From assembly GCA_965203315.1 (NCBI GenBank), contig OZ241857.1, forward strand, positions 32,001-96,000: DNA of 64,000 nt, given 5' to 3'. The notes below the pieces were generated by a model. That model searched no databases. It saw only the letters and a list, made by a program, of their open reading frames with translations, and was not told the DNA's origin. Positions 29,918 to 41,072 of the stretch are shown here, in pieces; the first letter of the stretch is position 1; the number at the start of each line of letters is the position of its first letter. The DNA comes from Nitrosopumilus sp. Its GTDB lineage: Archaea; Thermoproteota; Nitrososphaeria; Nitrososphaerales; Nitrosopumilaceae. The position numbers and the translations under genes were made by a program.

Positions 29918-31634
29918 GTAAGCGGTTAGGCTGACAACGATTCTTGCTGTGTGTTGAGCATTTAGGATATTGATGGATTATTTACATGACATACGAACTT
30001 ACTATCTAGTACGTCTCTTCAGCAGCCTTTGCCGTGAGAATTCTCAACAATTCGTCTCTAATGCTCAGCCCACGTTTACGACATGTAAAGAAGAACGTAA
30101 ACAAGATAGACCACGCATCCATGCCGCGCTGCGATGTAAAGTGCAGCGAAATGTTGCGATGTATTGCAATTGGCCGCATGTACAGTTCTGTCTCGTTGTT
30201 CGTGGGATCCATTCCAGGATGGTTCACGAATGTAAAGAGATTGGGAGCAGCATTACGCAGCGTCGTCGCAAATTTCTTGTTGCCGAGCTTTTCGTGCTGA
30301 TCTACAACATCTAATACCTGTGCTATTAAATCAGACACATCTCCCGGTGGTCGTCCCTTGGCTATGTGAAATATCTTTTGTAGTCTTTCGTGCAATATTG
30401 TAGTTTCATGGCAATATAGGGCAGTCTTCATTGCATGTTTTGAATCGATCAATATGTGTGACCAACATCTCTGCGTGTCATCATCCGTCTCGTAACCGCA
30501 ATATCCATCAACAGTCTTGCATTTGTTTTTAAACGGTTTGAAATATTCATCTAAAACCCTCGATCCTCGTGTATCTGTTACACGAACGAGAACTGCATCA
30601 TCTGTGACACATGTCCACACATATCCACGTTTGCCTGGTACTTTATGTGGCGTTTCGTCAAATTTGACATTTTCAGAACTTTCAGCTGCTTTCCAGATGC
30701 CTGAAACATCGTCTTCTATTGCGTTAACGAGTGCAAATGTAGCGTTGTTTATGGTTGCTTTAGATGGACGGTAATCAAAAAACTCTAATTGTTTTTGAAT
30801 CATTCCTTGTGACATGTTGTTGAATAGTGAAATTCCATGATGGACTAGCATGTTTATGCTCATCTCTGTACCCTTGATCTTGGGAATCTTTTTACTAGTA
30901 TCCCACTCGTATCCGCAACCATTACACGTATGTTTATATCCAACATGCGTATTTATCTCGGTTTTTGGCAGAGGTACATCACGAATCCTACACTGATATG
31001 ATTTGTTGTACGTGATATCTATGCCATGGCAGCCTGGACACGCTGAATCTATGTACGGGACAGTACCTGCTGATTTGTCCGTCTGCGATACTCCTACGTG
31101 ATTCTCTTTTTGGCCTACTTTATTGTAATCCTTTGGATCTATATACGCTGCTATTCTTTCTTGCATTGTAGGTATGCTGTTCTTGGATGATGGATTAAAC
31201 GGACTCTCATAGTATGGCATCTTTTGTTGTAACTCTTGATTCTCTTTTGCGTGTGTACATGTCTCTGGTTCACATTGATCTGAATGACCACCTAGTTGTT
31301 GTTCAAGTTTACGTTCCAGTTCTGCAGTTCGCAGTTCTCCTCGTAATATGACGCCTCCCTGCCATTCAATCATATCTAGTGCAATGCGAATTATCTCGTC
31401 TTTGTCATCGAGTTGTGTATGCAACATTGCGATCTCCTCTCGAAGTATCTTCATCTCTGATTGAGGCATGACATTCATAGTTATGTACTAGTATTTACAC
31501 AGATCAAAAAATAAAGTTGACACAATGGTAAGCCAAACTAAACACTAATTTTTTCTAATCATGCAGATCGACATGAATTGCATACGTTATCTTGCTCAAA
31601 ACACCACAAGATCGTTGTCAGCCTAACCGCTTAC
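29918..31634 (-). mobile_element. IS66-family element (single-ORF, ISBst12-like)
   Basis: 24-bp perfect TIR GTAAGCGGTTAGGCTGACAACGAT and perfect 8-bp target duplication ACATCTTG. Confidence 0.95.
30006..31478 (-). CDS. IS66 transposase TnpC
   Basis: Coiled coil, CPGC/CNGC Zn finger, FDET, VDGY, QRCWSH, PTNNETE. Confidence 0.93.
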   Translation of the reverse strand: MNVMPQSEMKILREEIAMLHTQLDDKDEIIRIALDMIEWQGGVILRGELRTAELERKLEQQLGGHSDQCEPETCTHAKENQELQQKMPYYESPFNPSSKNSIPTMQERIAAYIDPKDYNKVGQKENHVGVSQTDKSAGTVPYIDSACPGCHGIDITYNKSYQCRIRDVPLPKTEINTHVGYKHTCNGCGYEWDTSKKIPKIKGTEMSINMLVHHGISLFNNMSQGMIQKQLEFFDYRPSKATINNATFALVNAIEDDVSGIWKAAESSENVKFDETPHKVPGKRGYVWTCVTDDAVLVRVTDTRGSRVLDEYFKPFKNKCKTVDGYCGYETDDDTQRCWSHILIDSKHAMKTALYCHETTILHERLQKIFHIAKGRPPGDVSDLIAQVLDVVDQHEKLGNKKFATTLRNAAPNLFTFVNHPGMDPTNNETELYMRPIAIHRNISLHFTSQRGMDAWSILFTFFFTCRKRGLSIRDELLRILTAKAAEETY

Positions 31635-31683
31635 ACATCTTGCTTCTAAAGCCTTATTAGTGAATTTTTCAACATTGCAAAAT

Positions 31684-33078
31684 ATGGCAGCAGGTATAGA
31701 CGATATTGCGATATATATTCCGCGACTCTATGTAGACGCATCTGACTTTGCAAATGCTCGGGGCTTGGATCCTATAAAGCTACAAAAGGGACTTGGAATA
31801 TCTCAGATGGCTATAGTCGACGCCAATCAAGATCCTGCAATTCTTGCCGCAAATGCATGTTTGAGGATCATGCAACGAAACAAACTCTCTCCTGAAGATA
31901 TTGGAAGGCTCTATGTCTCTACCGAGTCTTCGTTTGACGAATCAAAGGCCATGAACTCTTATGTTGTAGGGATGTTGGAACAGGTCTATGGCCACGGCGC
32001 GTTTGAGCACTGTGGTGGAGTAGAGACCAAGTTTGCATGTGTAAGTGGATCTTATGCTCTATATGATAATACTAACTGGATACGAGCAGGTGAGTCTGAA
32101 GGCAAGTATGCTCTAGTTGTTGTATCTGATATTGCAAAATACGATATGGGCTCTAGTGGTGAGATGACACAAGGAGCAGGTGCTGTGGTTATGTTGCTGA
32201 ATGACGATCCCCGACTATTGTCATTTGATCCTAAAGTCACATCAACCTCAATCAAAGACGAATATGACTTTTATCGTCCGTTTGGTAAAGAGACTCCCAT
32301 AGTTCATGGACAGTACTCAAATCTATTGTATCTAATTCAGATTAGAAAGGCTCTAGAGTCATACAAGAGACGTGTAATCTCTACAGGTCTAATAAGAATC
32401 GAACCTGGTGAGACAATCTTAGATCATATGGACTATATCAATATGCATTTGCCGTATAGTAACATGGGTAAGAAGGCATTGGCATATTTGGCGAGACACG
32501 AATGGCGACAACTGCCTAGATGGCGTAACATATTGCACCAGATTGGCATAGATGAACCTCATCCCAATGATCCTAGAGGTACTATAGAGTCTGTACTAGG
32601 TGATCCCGACTTTATGGAAAAGGATCACGAGTTTACAAAGTTGTTCACAGCGACACCCGAGTATCAAGAGATCTATGAATCTAAACTTGCCAGTTCACTA
32701 GTTGCGTCAAGTATGATCGGAAACCTGTATACTGCATCTCTGTATCTAGGGTTCAGAAGTAGTCTAGAGTTTGAGTTTCAAAAGGGAATCGATCTAGCAG
32801 AGAAGCGTGTGGGTTTTGGATCGTATGGTAGTGGTAGCAGTGCGATGGTATTTAGTGGTGTTATATCTCCACGATACAAAGAGATCGTAAAGAACATGAA
32901 TCTAGAGTCTGAGATTGGCGTACGTAAGAGACTCACATGGGACGAGTATGAACAATTACATGAGAATAAACTGATGCCAGATGAACCAATGCTTGATCCG
33001 AAACACGAGTTTGTGCTAGTTGATGTAAAGACGGAACAAGAGTCCAAAGGAGAGCGTAGATACATATTTCAAGAATGA
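31684..33078 (+). CDS. Hydroxymethylglutaryl-CoA synthase
   Basis: GIDDIAIYIP, STESSFDESK, KFACVSG, SDIAKY, TQGAGAV, GNLYTASL, SYGSG. Confidence 0.95.
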   Translation: MAAGIDDIAIYIPRLYVDASDFANARGLDPIKLQKGLGISQMAIVDANQDPAILAANACLRIMQRNKLSPEDIGRLYVSTESSFDESKAMNSYVVGMLEQVYGHGAFEHCGGVETKFACVSGSYALYDNTNWIRAGESEGKYALVVVSDIAKYDMGSSGEMTQGAGAVVMLLNDDPRLLSFDPKVTSTSIKDEYDFYRPFGKETPIVHGQYSNLLYLIQIRKALESYKRRVISTGLIRIEPGETILDHMDYINMHLPYSNMGKKALAYLARHEWRQLPRWRNILHQIGIDEPHPNDPRGTIESVLGDPDFMEKDHEFTKLFTATPEYQEIYESKLASSLVASSMIGNLYTASLYLGFRSSLEFEFQKGIDLAEKRVGFGSYGSGSSAMVFSGVISPRYKEIVKNMNLESEIGVRKRLTWDEYEQLHENKLMPDEPMLDPKHEFVLVDVKTEQESKGERRYIFQE

Positions 33079-33620
33079 GTGACAACCATCCTATCAAGGA
33101 TCATCTATTCAGCTTTGTGGACAACTCGCAAGATATACCAGAGATGATATCCAAACAACGATTCGATCATCTTGTACATCATATCCTAGATGGCTGTTTT
33201 GATGATATTGTCAAGATGGACATGTACGATAACGCGATTGGTATACTGGCAACTAGTATGTTGCACTATATACTGACTGCTACATTGATTCCTAGTCAGA
33301 GAAAGATCAAACATCAAGGTGTTGATCTAGATATCGTCATTCCAGATACACAGACACTCTCTCAAGATCCTAAGAGATCTCTTGTAATATGCATTCCAAT
33401 GTCATCTGATGCTGATGTTATACACAGTAAAATATTAGAGATCGAGTCCATCAATCCCACACCAAATAATATTTGGGTTGTACTGTCCGATATGGTAGAT
33501 ATCAACAAGAACACATTTGTTCTAGATCGATCTGGAGAGTCTTTCACAAACTGTATCCTAGAGATCGCAAAGTTTTACAACACACGAGGAGACTCGAGAC
33601 TAAAGATACTGCGCATTTGA
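33075..33620 (+). CDS. Hypothetical protein
   Basis: 181-aa ORF, ATGA-coupled to HMG-CoA synthase. Confidence 0.75.
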   Translation: MSDNHPIKDHLFSFVDNSQDIPEMISKQRFDHLVHHILDGCFDDIVKMDMYDNAIGILATSMLHYILTATLIPSQRKIKHQGVDLDIVIPDTQTLSQDPKRSLVICIPMSSDADVIHSKILEIESINPTPNNIWVVLSDMVDINKNTFVLDRSGESFTNCILEIAKFYNTRGDSRLKILRI

Positions 33621-34074
33621 ACCTTTGATGTTTATAGTGATCTGGTTGAAGTTTTTTTTAATTTGTAAGGGATCGTAAAATAGTACATAATTGTCCAAAA
33701 ATTTTACTAACTGATTTGGACGCTGTATTAAATTGTAATGTTTGATATCTGAACCTCGATAGATAAATTTTCTAATTTATCCTCGTTTCATCTATGACGC
33801 GTTAAAAAGACACTATAATTGATAGCCTGTCAATCTGTATAAAGTAGATATCTGGTTGTCCGCAATACTTGTATCTTGACCATAATTATTTGACACTATT
33901 TCTTATCAAGAATTTATTTTATTGATTATTCTGTGAAACTGGCCTCTATGTTTTGACATAATAAAATCTAGTAAATCTTGGTTAATCACAGATTAGATCA
34001 ATGATTCACAAATCAGTGGTTCAATCTACAAATGTACCGATTTTGTTTTTAATATACTCTTTTCATAATGGTCA

Positions 34075-34764
34075 ATGACATTGCTAACACACAGTCGAAT
34101 CTCATCAATATTTGGTGTGGCAATCATCAGTGTCGCTCTTGTGTATGGCGGAACTGTTTTTGCAAGTCACAACTTTGAGATCGGCGTATCTGGAAATGTG
34201 CTTCCGGACAACACACACATTCGATTAGATGGGATAAATCTTGCGCCAGGCGCAATATTTCCCATCTATGACTCTAGTCCAAACTATGTTGCAGGTCACT
34301 TGCTATTGTCTGCACCATGCATGCCAACGTTGGGTGATGGACATCTCCCAAACAGTGACAAGAATAAGACGTGGAGACCAACAATAACTGTGATTGCTGG
34401 ACATATAGACGAATTTGATACAAATACGAGAATGGATTCTATACCACTCTTTTATATCAACACTGTCTCAAATGGACCTAAATCTTGTGTATTCCATGCC
34501 CATCTGCCAGATCCAATAAATGGTGGTGCTCCCAAGGTTACTGACATTGCTCTGATCAACACGTCCAATCGTAATATTATCTTCGATTCAGAACATGTCG
34601 TTGACGTCAACATTCAACAAGTAATTGGAAACATAGGACACGCACCGTACGAAAATGGACCTGTCATAAACATTGGACCAAATCCTGTATTTGATCTAAA
34701 TGACAACGACTCTACAAACGATGGTCGTGGACATCCATCACAAGGTGGAGGTGGCGGACACTGA
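34075..34764 (+). CDS. Secreted protein with Cys/His motifs
   Basis: Signal peptide ending VFA-SH; GHLLLSAPC, AGH, CVFHAH; C-terminal GGGGGH. Confidence 0.8.
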   Translation: MTLLTHSRISSIFGVAIISVALVYGGTVFASHNFEIGVSGNVLPDNTHIRLDGINLAPGAIFPIYDSSPNYVAGHLLLSAPCMPTLGDGHLPNSDKNKTWRPTITVIAGHIDEFDTNTRMDSIPLFYINTVSNGPKSCVFHAHLPDPINGGAPKVTDIALINTSNRNIIFDSEHVVDVNIQQVIGNIGHAPYENGPVINIGPNPVFDLNDNDSTNDGRGHPSQGGGGGH

Positions 34765-34769
34765 ACAAT

Positions 34770-35804
34770 GTGACATTGGGCATCATTGCGAGTATTGCAC
34801 TGTTGTCTGTTATCGGAGTTCAGAATGCAACTGCACATCAATCTGTTGTCTTGTCTGGTGACGATCATGTAAACAGTATGGTCTTTGTACTTGGACATGT
34901 AGATGAACCTACATATGGTAATGATCCAGGAACTCATGAAGGAAAACACGGTCTAGAACTCTATGTACGTGATCAAGCTACAAATCTGATGATCCCACAA
35001 GGACATGCTGAACTATTCTTTGACAAGTACTATTTTGAGAACGTTGCTGCATACAACTCTGCAAAGTCGCTCAATGACACAACTTCGATAGAACGTGAAA
35101 TCCCAATAAATCAAGCATACGGCAAGCCAGGTTACTATGTTCATCGTCAGATAATCCAAGATGGAATCTACGGCTATCATGTCTATGGAACGCTTGACTA
35201 CTATGGCGTGGGTCATAAAGATATTGACGTAACGATGTTCTGCGGTAGAGTTCATGACATGGACGATCCTACAAAGTTTGAGAATGTGACTGTTGGCACA
35301 ACGCGAGGCGAGTTTGGCTGTCCTCAATCAACCAAAGAACTCTATTTTCCAAAGATAGGTCATCAATCTGATGGCAACATGGAACACAGAGACCACAAAG
35401 ACAGTGACTCACATAAAGACAAGATGAGCGATCATGATGATCACGGCAAGAAGGACATGTCTATGACCCCTGATGTAACCTCGATGCTATCTGATGGCAC
35501 ACAAGTCTTGATCCAAGTCAGTGAACCTATTGTTGGTGAGCGATCAGAGATCAACGTCATCTTCAAAGATGCACAGCACGTCAACTATGATATAGTTGTA
35601 ATGCAGGGTTCTATCAAAGTGCTAGATGAAGTTGATGTCCATGATCATGATGGCGTGTATGAACACAAGACAATACCTCTGATATCTACATCGCCGTTTG
35701 ATATTACCATAACATTCCAAGGTTATGGTATGGCCGACAAAAAACCACCTATTGGTGAGACACTACAGTTCAATCGTGTTATATCGACGATAAATAAATA
35801 CTGA
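34770..35804 (+). CDS. Secreted His/Met-rich putative metal-binding protein
   Basis: Signal peptide ending ATA-H; His/Met/Asp linker; HVNYDI...HDHDG..EH C-terminal domain. Confidence 0.8.
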   Translation: MTLGIIASIALLSVIGVQNATAHQSVVLSGDDHVNSMVFVLGHVDEPTYGNDPGTHEGKHGLELYVRDQATNLMIPQGHAELFFDKYYFENVAAYNSAKSLNDTTSIEREIPINQAYGKPGYYVHRQIIQDGIYGYHVYGTLDYYGVGHKDIDVTMFCGRVHDMDDPTKFENVTVGTTRGEFGCPQSTKELYFPKIGHQSDGNMEHRDHKDSDSHKDKMSDHDDHGKKDMSMTPDVTSMLSDGTQVLIQVSEPIVGERSEINVIFKDAQHVNYDIVVMQGSIKVLDEVDVHDHDGVYEHKTIPLISTSPFDITITFQGYGMADKKPPIGETLQFNRVISTINKY

Positions 35805-35819
35805 TACAGATACAATCAC

Positions 35820-35836
35820 TCTCTTTTTTTATTTAT
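35820..35836 (+). terminator. Putative oligo-T terminator
   Basis: TCTCTTTTTTTATTTAT downstream of 35804. Confidence 0.4.
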
Positions 35837-35884
35837 TGTGGTCTTTTCAGTTTATTGCGTATTATGTATTGTGTATTATGTAAC

Positions 35885-36181
35885 CTAACAACACGACTCT
35901 GAACATAGTGCGGGGATATCATTACTAGCTTTTGTTATATCCACAATTAGTTTTGAGATCTGCTTGTTTGTTATCGAGTATATGACATTCTTTCCCTCAC
36001 ATCTGGATTTGACTATTCCACACTCACGAAGTATCTTCAAATGGTGTGATATCAATGGCTGATCTCGCTTCATCTTTGCAACAAAGTCTCCTACACAAAA
36101 CTCGGTATTCTTTTGTAACAGTGTCAAGATCTCAAATCTAGTCTCATCGCAGATACATCGAAGTAACGCTAAACCGTTCAT
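35885..36181 (-). CDS. ArsR/SmtB family transcriptional regulator
   Basis: DETRFEIL, EFCVGDF, QPLISHHLKILRECGIV; C-terminal CSESCC. Confidence 0.92.
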   Translation of the reverse strand: MNGLALLRCICDETRFEILTLLQKNTEFCVGDFVAKMKRDQPLISHHLKILRECGIVKSRCEGKNVIYSITNKQISKLIVDITKASNDIPALCSESCC

Positions 36182-36541
36182 ATTAATCTAAATCTATGCT
36201 TGTTATTTATGTGGGGCTATTAATTACATGTCGTGTCGGTGAGACTACAAATCTGATATTATTCAACATTAAATTTGCATACATATTAGTACCGAACAGT
36301 TTAATGAGCAAAACTGGTAGGTTGATGAACTGTTTGATGATTTGTGCACAAACATGAACAAGACATTGCAAAACACCACTCATCTATTCGTAACAGACAA
36401 TATGCAAGATGATGGTTAGAGGCAAGTACGCAGATAACAATTCGTTATAATGCTTCATAAATTCCAAATTGTCGATCCCCTCAAACATTGATCATATACA
36501 GCTATATTACGAATAATAATGACCACTAGGCATATACGATA

Positions 36542-37807
36542 TTGACAACTGAGAATCTCTTTGATGTGTCTAGGCGCCTAATTCCGTCTGGAGTCAACAG
36601 CCCAGTTCGATACTTTGAACCTCGACCATTCTTTACAGAACGTGCTGACAAGGGTCACATGTGGGATACCGACGGAAGACAGCTGATCGACTGCTGCAAC
36701 GGCTATGGGGCACTATTACTAGGACATAGACACCCTGTAATCATCTCGGCAGTAACTAAACAACTAGAGTCTGGCACACTCTACTGTACACCCACCCAAA
36801 ACGAGACTAGGCTAGCTGGTCTGATTACTAGATACTATTCATCAATAGACAAGGTTCGATTAGTGAATACTGGCGGTGAGGCGACCATGACTGCAGTTAG
36901 ACTCGCTAGAGGTCATACCGGGAGACGCAAGATTGTGATGTTTGATGGCTGTTATCATGGAGCACATGACTCGTTGTTGGTAAAGCGTGATAAGGATGCA
37001 CAAGGTATTCCGTCATCAGAAGGCATACCGCCTCAGATATCTTCTCATACTATTGTGTCCAAGTATAATGACATCGAAGAGATATCAACTATTCTAGAAA
37101 CCGACGATGACATTGCAGGTGTGATAGTTGAACCTGTTGCTGGAAATATGGGTCTGGTATTACCTGCCTTGGACTTTCTTCCAACTCTTCGCAAGATCAC
37201 ACAAAAACGTGATATCGTATTGATCTTTGATGAGGTGATCACAGGATTTCGATTGGGGCTAGGTGGTGCCCAAGAGTACTTTGATATCACACCTGATATC
37301 ACAACACTTGGAAAGGCGTTGGGAGGTGGATTTGGAATTGCAGCTGTTGGTGGAAGAGAGGAGATTATGGACAAGCTTAGTCCTGGTGGGCAGATATATT
37401 CTGCGAGTACGTTTGCTGGAAATCCAATCGCCACTAGTGCAGCTATATCTGCTGTAAATTTTATGAGCACGAATAACGATATGTATAGTACGTTATCAGA
37501 TCGTGCACACACACTTGCAAAGGCTATTGGTGATATCGCAGATGATCTGCATATACCTCATCAAATCAATCAGATATCTTCGATGCTACAGATATTCTTT
37601 ACAAACGAGCCTGTAATTGATCGTGCCAGTGCTAATACATCCGACACAAAAAAATTCAAACAACTCTTTGACTCTTTATTGCGTAGTGGTGTGTTTGTAG
37701 CTCCGTCACAGTTTGAGGTACTCTTTCTGTCTCTCGCACATACCTCGCTCGATCTAGAAAAGATTCAAGACGCGTACAGTGTGGCACTCAAGGAGATGAT
37801 CAGTTGA
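36542..37807 (+). CDS. hemL: Glutamate-1-semialdehyde 2,1-aminomutase
   Basis: PSGVNSPVR, GCYHG, FDEVITGFR, TTLGKALGGG, TFAGNP. Confidence 0.96.
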   Translation: MTTENLFDVSRRLIPSGVNSPVRYFEPRPFFTERADKGHMWDTDGRQLIDCCNGYGALLLGHRHPVIISAVTKQLESGTLYCTPTQNETRLAGLITRYYSSIDKVRLVNTGGEATMTAVRLARGHTGRRKIVMFDGCYHGAHDSLLVKRDKDAQGIPSSEGIPPQISSHTIVSKYNDIEEISTILETDDDIAGVIVEPVAGNMGLVLPALDFLPTLRKITQKRDIVLIFDEVITGFRLGLGGAQEYFDITPDITTLGKALGGGFGIAAVGGREEIMDKLSPGGQIYSASTFAGNPIATSAAISAVNFMSTNNDMYSTLSDRAHTLAKAIGDIADDLHIPHQINQISSMLQIFFTNEPVIDRASANTSDTKKFKQLFDSLLRSGVFVAPSQFEVLFLSLAHTSLDLEKIQDAYSVALKEMIS

Positions 37808-38739
37808 GATATCTGGTGGGAGCTAGATCTAGCCGTCTGTCTATGGCACAAACAAACTGGGTTATCGCACAATTACAAAAGAGTACTCGTGATATCGAAT
37901 ATACTATACAATCGATTACAACTAGAGGTGATACCGATGATCGACCATTATTCACTATAGATCAGAAAGGAATATTTGAACGTGAGATCGACCGTGCAGT
38001 CTCTCAAGGTGAGATCGACTTTGCAGTACACAGCCTCAAGGATATTCCATCTACTCTGGACGACTCTCTATGTATAGCAGCTGTACCTAGACGCGAGTCT
38101 CCAAACGATATCTTGATCACTGTAAATGGTAGTGATCTAGACTCTATACATAAAGGAGATACTATAGGTACAAGCTCGTTGCGTAGAGCTGTTCAGATAT
38201 CGCGGCAACGACCTGACCTAAAGATTCATCCACTTCGAGGCAATGTTGATACCAGAGTAGAAAAGATGAACTCTGGTACCTATGGAGGTATCGTTCTTGC
38301 TGAGGCGGGAATAATGCGACTCAACCTAGATGTCAAATATCATGTCCTAAATGTAGACGAGTTCGTTCCATCACCTGGTCAAGGAGCGTTAGGTATAGTT
38401 GCAAGAACAGACGATCACAAGACAATCAATATGTTGCAGAGTATTGAGAGTTACGAGTCTCGAGCAGCTGTATCTGCAGAGCGTGCACTATCTTCAATCG
38501 TAGACTCTGGTTGCAGGTTTCCTATAGGCGCATATGCCACAACTAGCGATGGCACCATATCGTTACATGTTGTAGCATTCTCTGTAGATGGTTCTAAATC
38601 ATTATCTGTTAAACGGACAGGCAAGATCAACTCGCCAGATGAACTTGGTATATCAGCTGGCGAAGAACTAGTGGATATGGGCATAAGAGATCTTGCAGTA
38701 AACTGGCGTAGCGGATTGGAGGTTTGGAACAGGTCATGA
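37804..38739 (+). CDS. hemC: Porphobilinogen deaminase
   Basis: GARSSRLSMAQ, TRGD, VHSLKD, GTSSLRR, RGNVDTR, SGCRFPIG. Confidence 0.96.
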   Translation: MRYLVGARSSRLSMAQTNWVIAQLQKSTRDIEYTIQSITTRGDTDDRPLFTIDQKGIFEREIDRAVSQGEIDFAVHSLKDIPSTLDDSLCIAAVPRRESPNDILITVNGSDLDSIHKGDTIGTSSLRRAVQISRQRPDLKIHPLRGNVDTRVEKMNSGTYGGIVLAEAGIMRLNLDVKYHVLNVDEFVPSPGQGALGIVARTDDHKTINMLQSIESYESRAAVSAERALSSIVDSGCRFPIGAYATTSDGTISLHVVAFSVDGSKSLSVKRTGKINSPDELGISAGEELVDMGIRDLAVNWRSGLEVWNRS

Positions 38740-39476
38740 CTGGAAAGGTGTATCTAGTTGGTGCAGGTCCTGGTGATCCTAAACTACTGACTATGCGTGC
38801 AGTAGATCTCTTGAACAGTGCTGATGTTGTATTGTATGATCGATTGGTGAGTGAGTCAACTCTGGCGATGATTCCTAAATCAGCTGAATGTGTATATGTT
38901 GGGCGAGCTGTAGGTGACGATACTAGACATCAAGAGAGTACAAATGATCTGATGGTACGATATGCAGAAAAGTACAAGTGTATAGTTCGACTAAAGGGTG
39001 GCGATCCTATCATATTTGGACGTGGTGGCGAAGAGGCAGAATTTCTAAAGAGCAAAGATATTCAGTACGAGATAGTTCCTGGAATTACCTCTGGAATTGG
39101 TTCTGCTACATATGCAGGCATTCCGCTGACACATCGCAAGTACAGCTCTTCGGTTGCGTTTGTTACCGGACATGAAGATCCTACAAAGTCAACAGAGACA
39201 GTACGGTGGCAACAACTTGCAAAGTCAGTCGATACTATAGTGATCATGATGGGACTCTCACGAATTGATATAATATCTAAAAATTTGGTGGCAGGTGGCA
39301 TGTCATCTAGTACGCCAGTAGCTGTGATTTATAATGGAACTATGCTTGAGCAAAAGATCATACGAGGCAATCTTGCTGATATTGCGCAACGTGTTCGTGA
39401 AGAGAAGATCGTACCTCCTGCAAATATTATTGTGGGTAACGTAGTCAAACTTGGTGATGTGTTGAGATGGAGATGA
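38736..39476 (+). CDS. cobA: Uroporphyrinogen-III C-methyltransferase
   Basis: VYLVGAGPGDPKLLT, YDRLV, RLKGGDP, GRGGEE, VPGITS. Confidence 0.95.
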   Translation: MTGKVYLVGAGPGDPKLLTMRAVDLLNSADVVLYDRLVSESTLAMIPKSAECVYVGRAVGDDTRHQESTNDLMVRYAEKYKCIVRLKGGDPIIFGRGGEEAEFLKSKDIQYEIVPGITSGIGSATYAGIPLTHRKYSSSVAFVTGHEDPTKSTETVRWQQLAKSVDTIVIMMGLSRIDIISKNLVAGGMSSSTPVAVIYNGTMLEQKIIRGNLADIAQRVREEKIVPPANIIVGNVVKLGDVLRWR

Positions 39477-40261
39477 AAGACAAGACAATAGCAATAACAC
39501 GATCACCTGATGATGCCATCGAGTTTATTGATCTTGCAAAGACTCATGGAGCTACTCCTGTGACATTACCTACGATTCAACTTACAAGCAAAAGTGAAAA
39601 GATTGTAGATGAGTTTCTAGAGTCAATATCGCAAAACGATCCTGACTATTGTGTCTTTATGAGTTCTAAAGCGGTCAGATTGCTGTTTACTGCTGCACAC
39701 AAATCTGATATGACACACAAGTTACAACTTGCTATAGCAAACACTGGTGTTGTGTCGGTTGGTCCAAAGACTAGTGCTGCACTACATGAGCAAGGGATCA
39801 AGGTTAATCATGAACCAGAGATATACTCGTCTGTTGGTGTTGGAGAGGTATTCACTCAGATTGGTGCGGTGGGTAAAAAGGCTCTGATTCCACGCAGCTC
39901 TGCTTCGACTCCGTTTCTAAAACAACTCTTGAACAAGATTGGTGTCGATGTGTGCGAGATATATCTGTATGATGTATGTGCGTTTGATGATACATCTGAA
40001 TGGAACGAGTTTCGTGACTTGTTTGCAAAAGGTAACGTACATGGGATCATATTTACTAGTGCATCATCTGTACGTGCATTCTTTGAGATAATGGAGCGAG
40101 ATCACAATAGATCAGAAATTCTAATCTATCTTGCTAAAACTCTGATTGTATCGATTGGTCCATTTACATCAGATGAGTTGAACAAGTTTGATGTACAACA
40201 TATTACTGCATCAACACATACTGTTGCTGGTGCATTCGATACCCTCAAATCAACACTCTAG
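39473..40261 (+). CDS. hemD: Uroporphyrinogen-III synthase
   Basis: IAITRS, VGPKT, FTSASSV, SIGPFT; hem operon context. Confidence 0.92.
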   Translation: MKDKTIAITRSPDDAIEFIDLAKTHGATPVTLPTIQLTSKSEKIVDEFLESISQNDPDYCVFMSSKAVRLLFTAAHKSDMTHKLQLAIANTGVVSVGPKTSAALHEQGIKVNHEPEIYSSVGVGEVFTQIGAVGKKALIPRSSASTPFLKQLLNKIGVDVCEIYLYDVCAFDDTSEWNEFRDLFAKGNVHGIIFTSASSVRAFFEIMERDHNRSEILIYLAKTLIVSIGPFTSDELNKFDVQHITASTHTVAGAFDTLKSTL

Positions 40262-41072
40262 TTTTGTGTTATTTTTAATTTTATGCTTGTTACAAACTGG
40301 TTCTCGTTACTATTCATCAGCCATATGATACATCTACAATAAAGTATCAAAAAATAGTCCTCTGCCATTTTTGTAAAACCAAATAATTAAGTTATAAGAA
40401 AAACGGTCTCTCTGATTTTCTTGTAGAGCATACTTTAACTCATTTGAAAGATATGATTTCTCATTTATTCATAAAATAAAAGAGTGGTCATAATATTAGT
40501 AGATGCAAAGCATGCTATGTTATGATCTTTTATCTACACGACCAATAGTTGATTGTTAGATATTTACAAGATGTGTGTAAAAGAGATGAAAGAGTTTTGG
40601 ACTTTGTAAAACTACACGTAACAAAACCTAACATGAACTCAAATCCTATATTAAAGAGATAATGGATATGGGTATTCACGATTTCTGTGAAGTGGATTTT
40701 TTTACAGAAAAGTCGCAACGAGATTTTATTGGAACACTTGGAAAAAAAGTCTTGTGAAACGTTATACTAAACACATCAAAGAGATCTATAGTAGTGATCC
40801 ATCTCCTATTTTGCCATGATTTTGAGTTTTCGAATATCAGTTAACGTCAATGATATTTCTTGGCAGTTGAATTGACAAAGAACAGATTGTACAATCTCAA
40901 ACAAATCTATTTTGCTAGAGACAACAGTACTTTACAATAGGTAATACTGACTGTTTCTCATACTTTATAAAATTTTGAGATTTTGTGTAAATACTGGTAA
41001 CTCGTGTCAGATGAATATCTCTTTACTATCAGTTGTGATTAATGATTTATATCAGATCGTGTTAGTAATGCT

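Noticed and set aside
40500-40960. Possible decayed gene upstream of sixA
   Set aside because: Protein-like fragments with stops, but no family could be recognised
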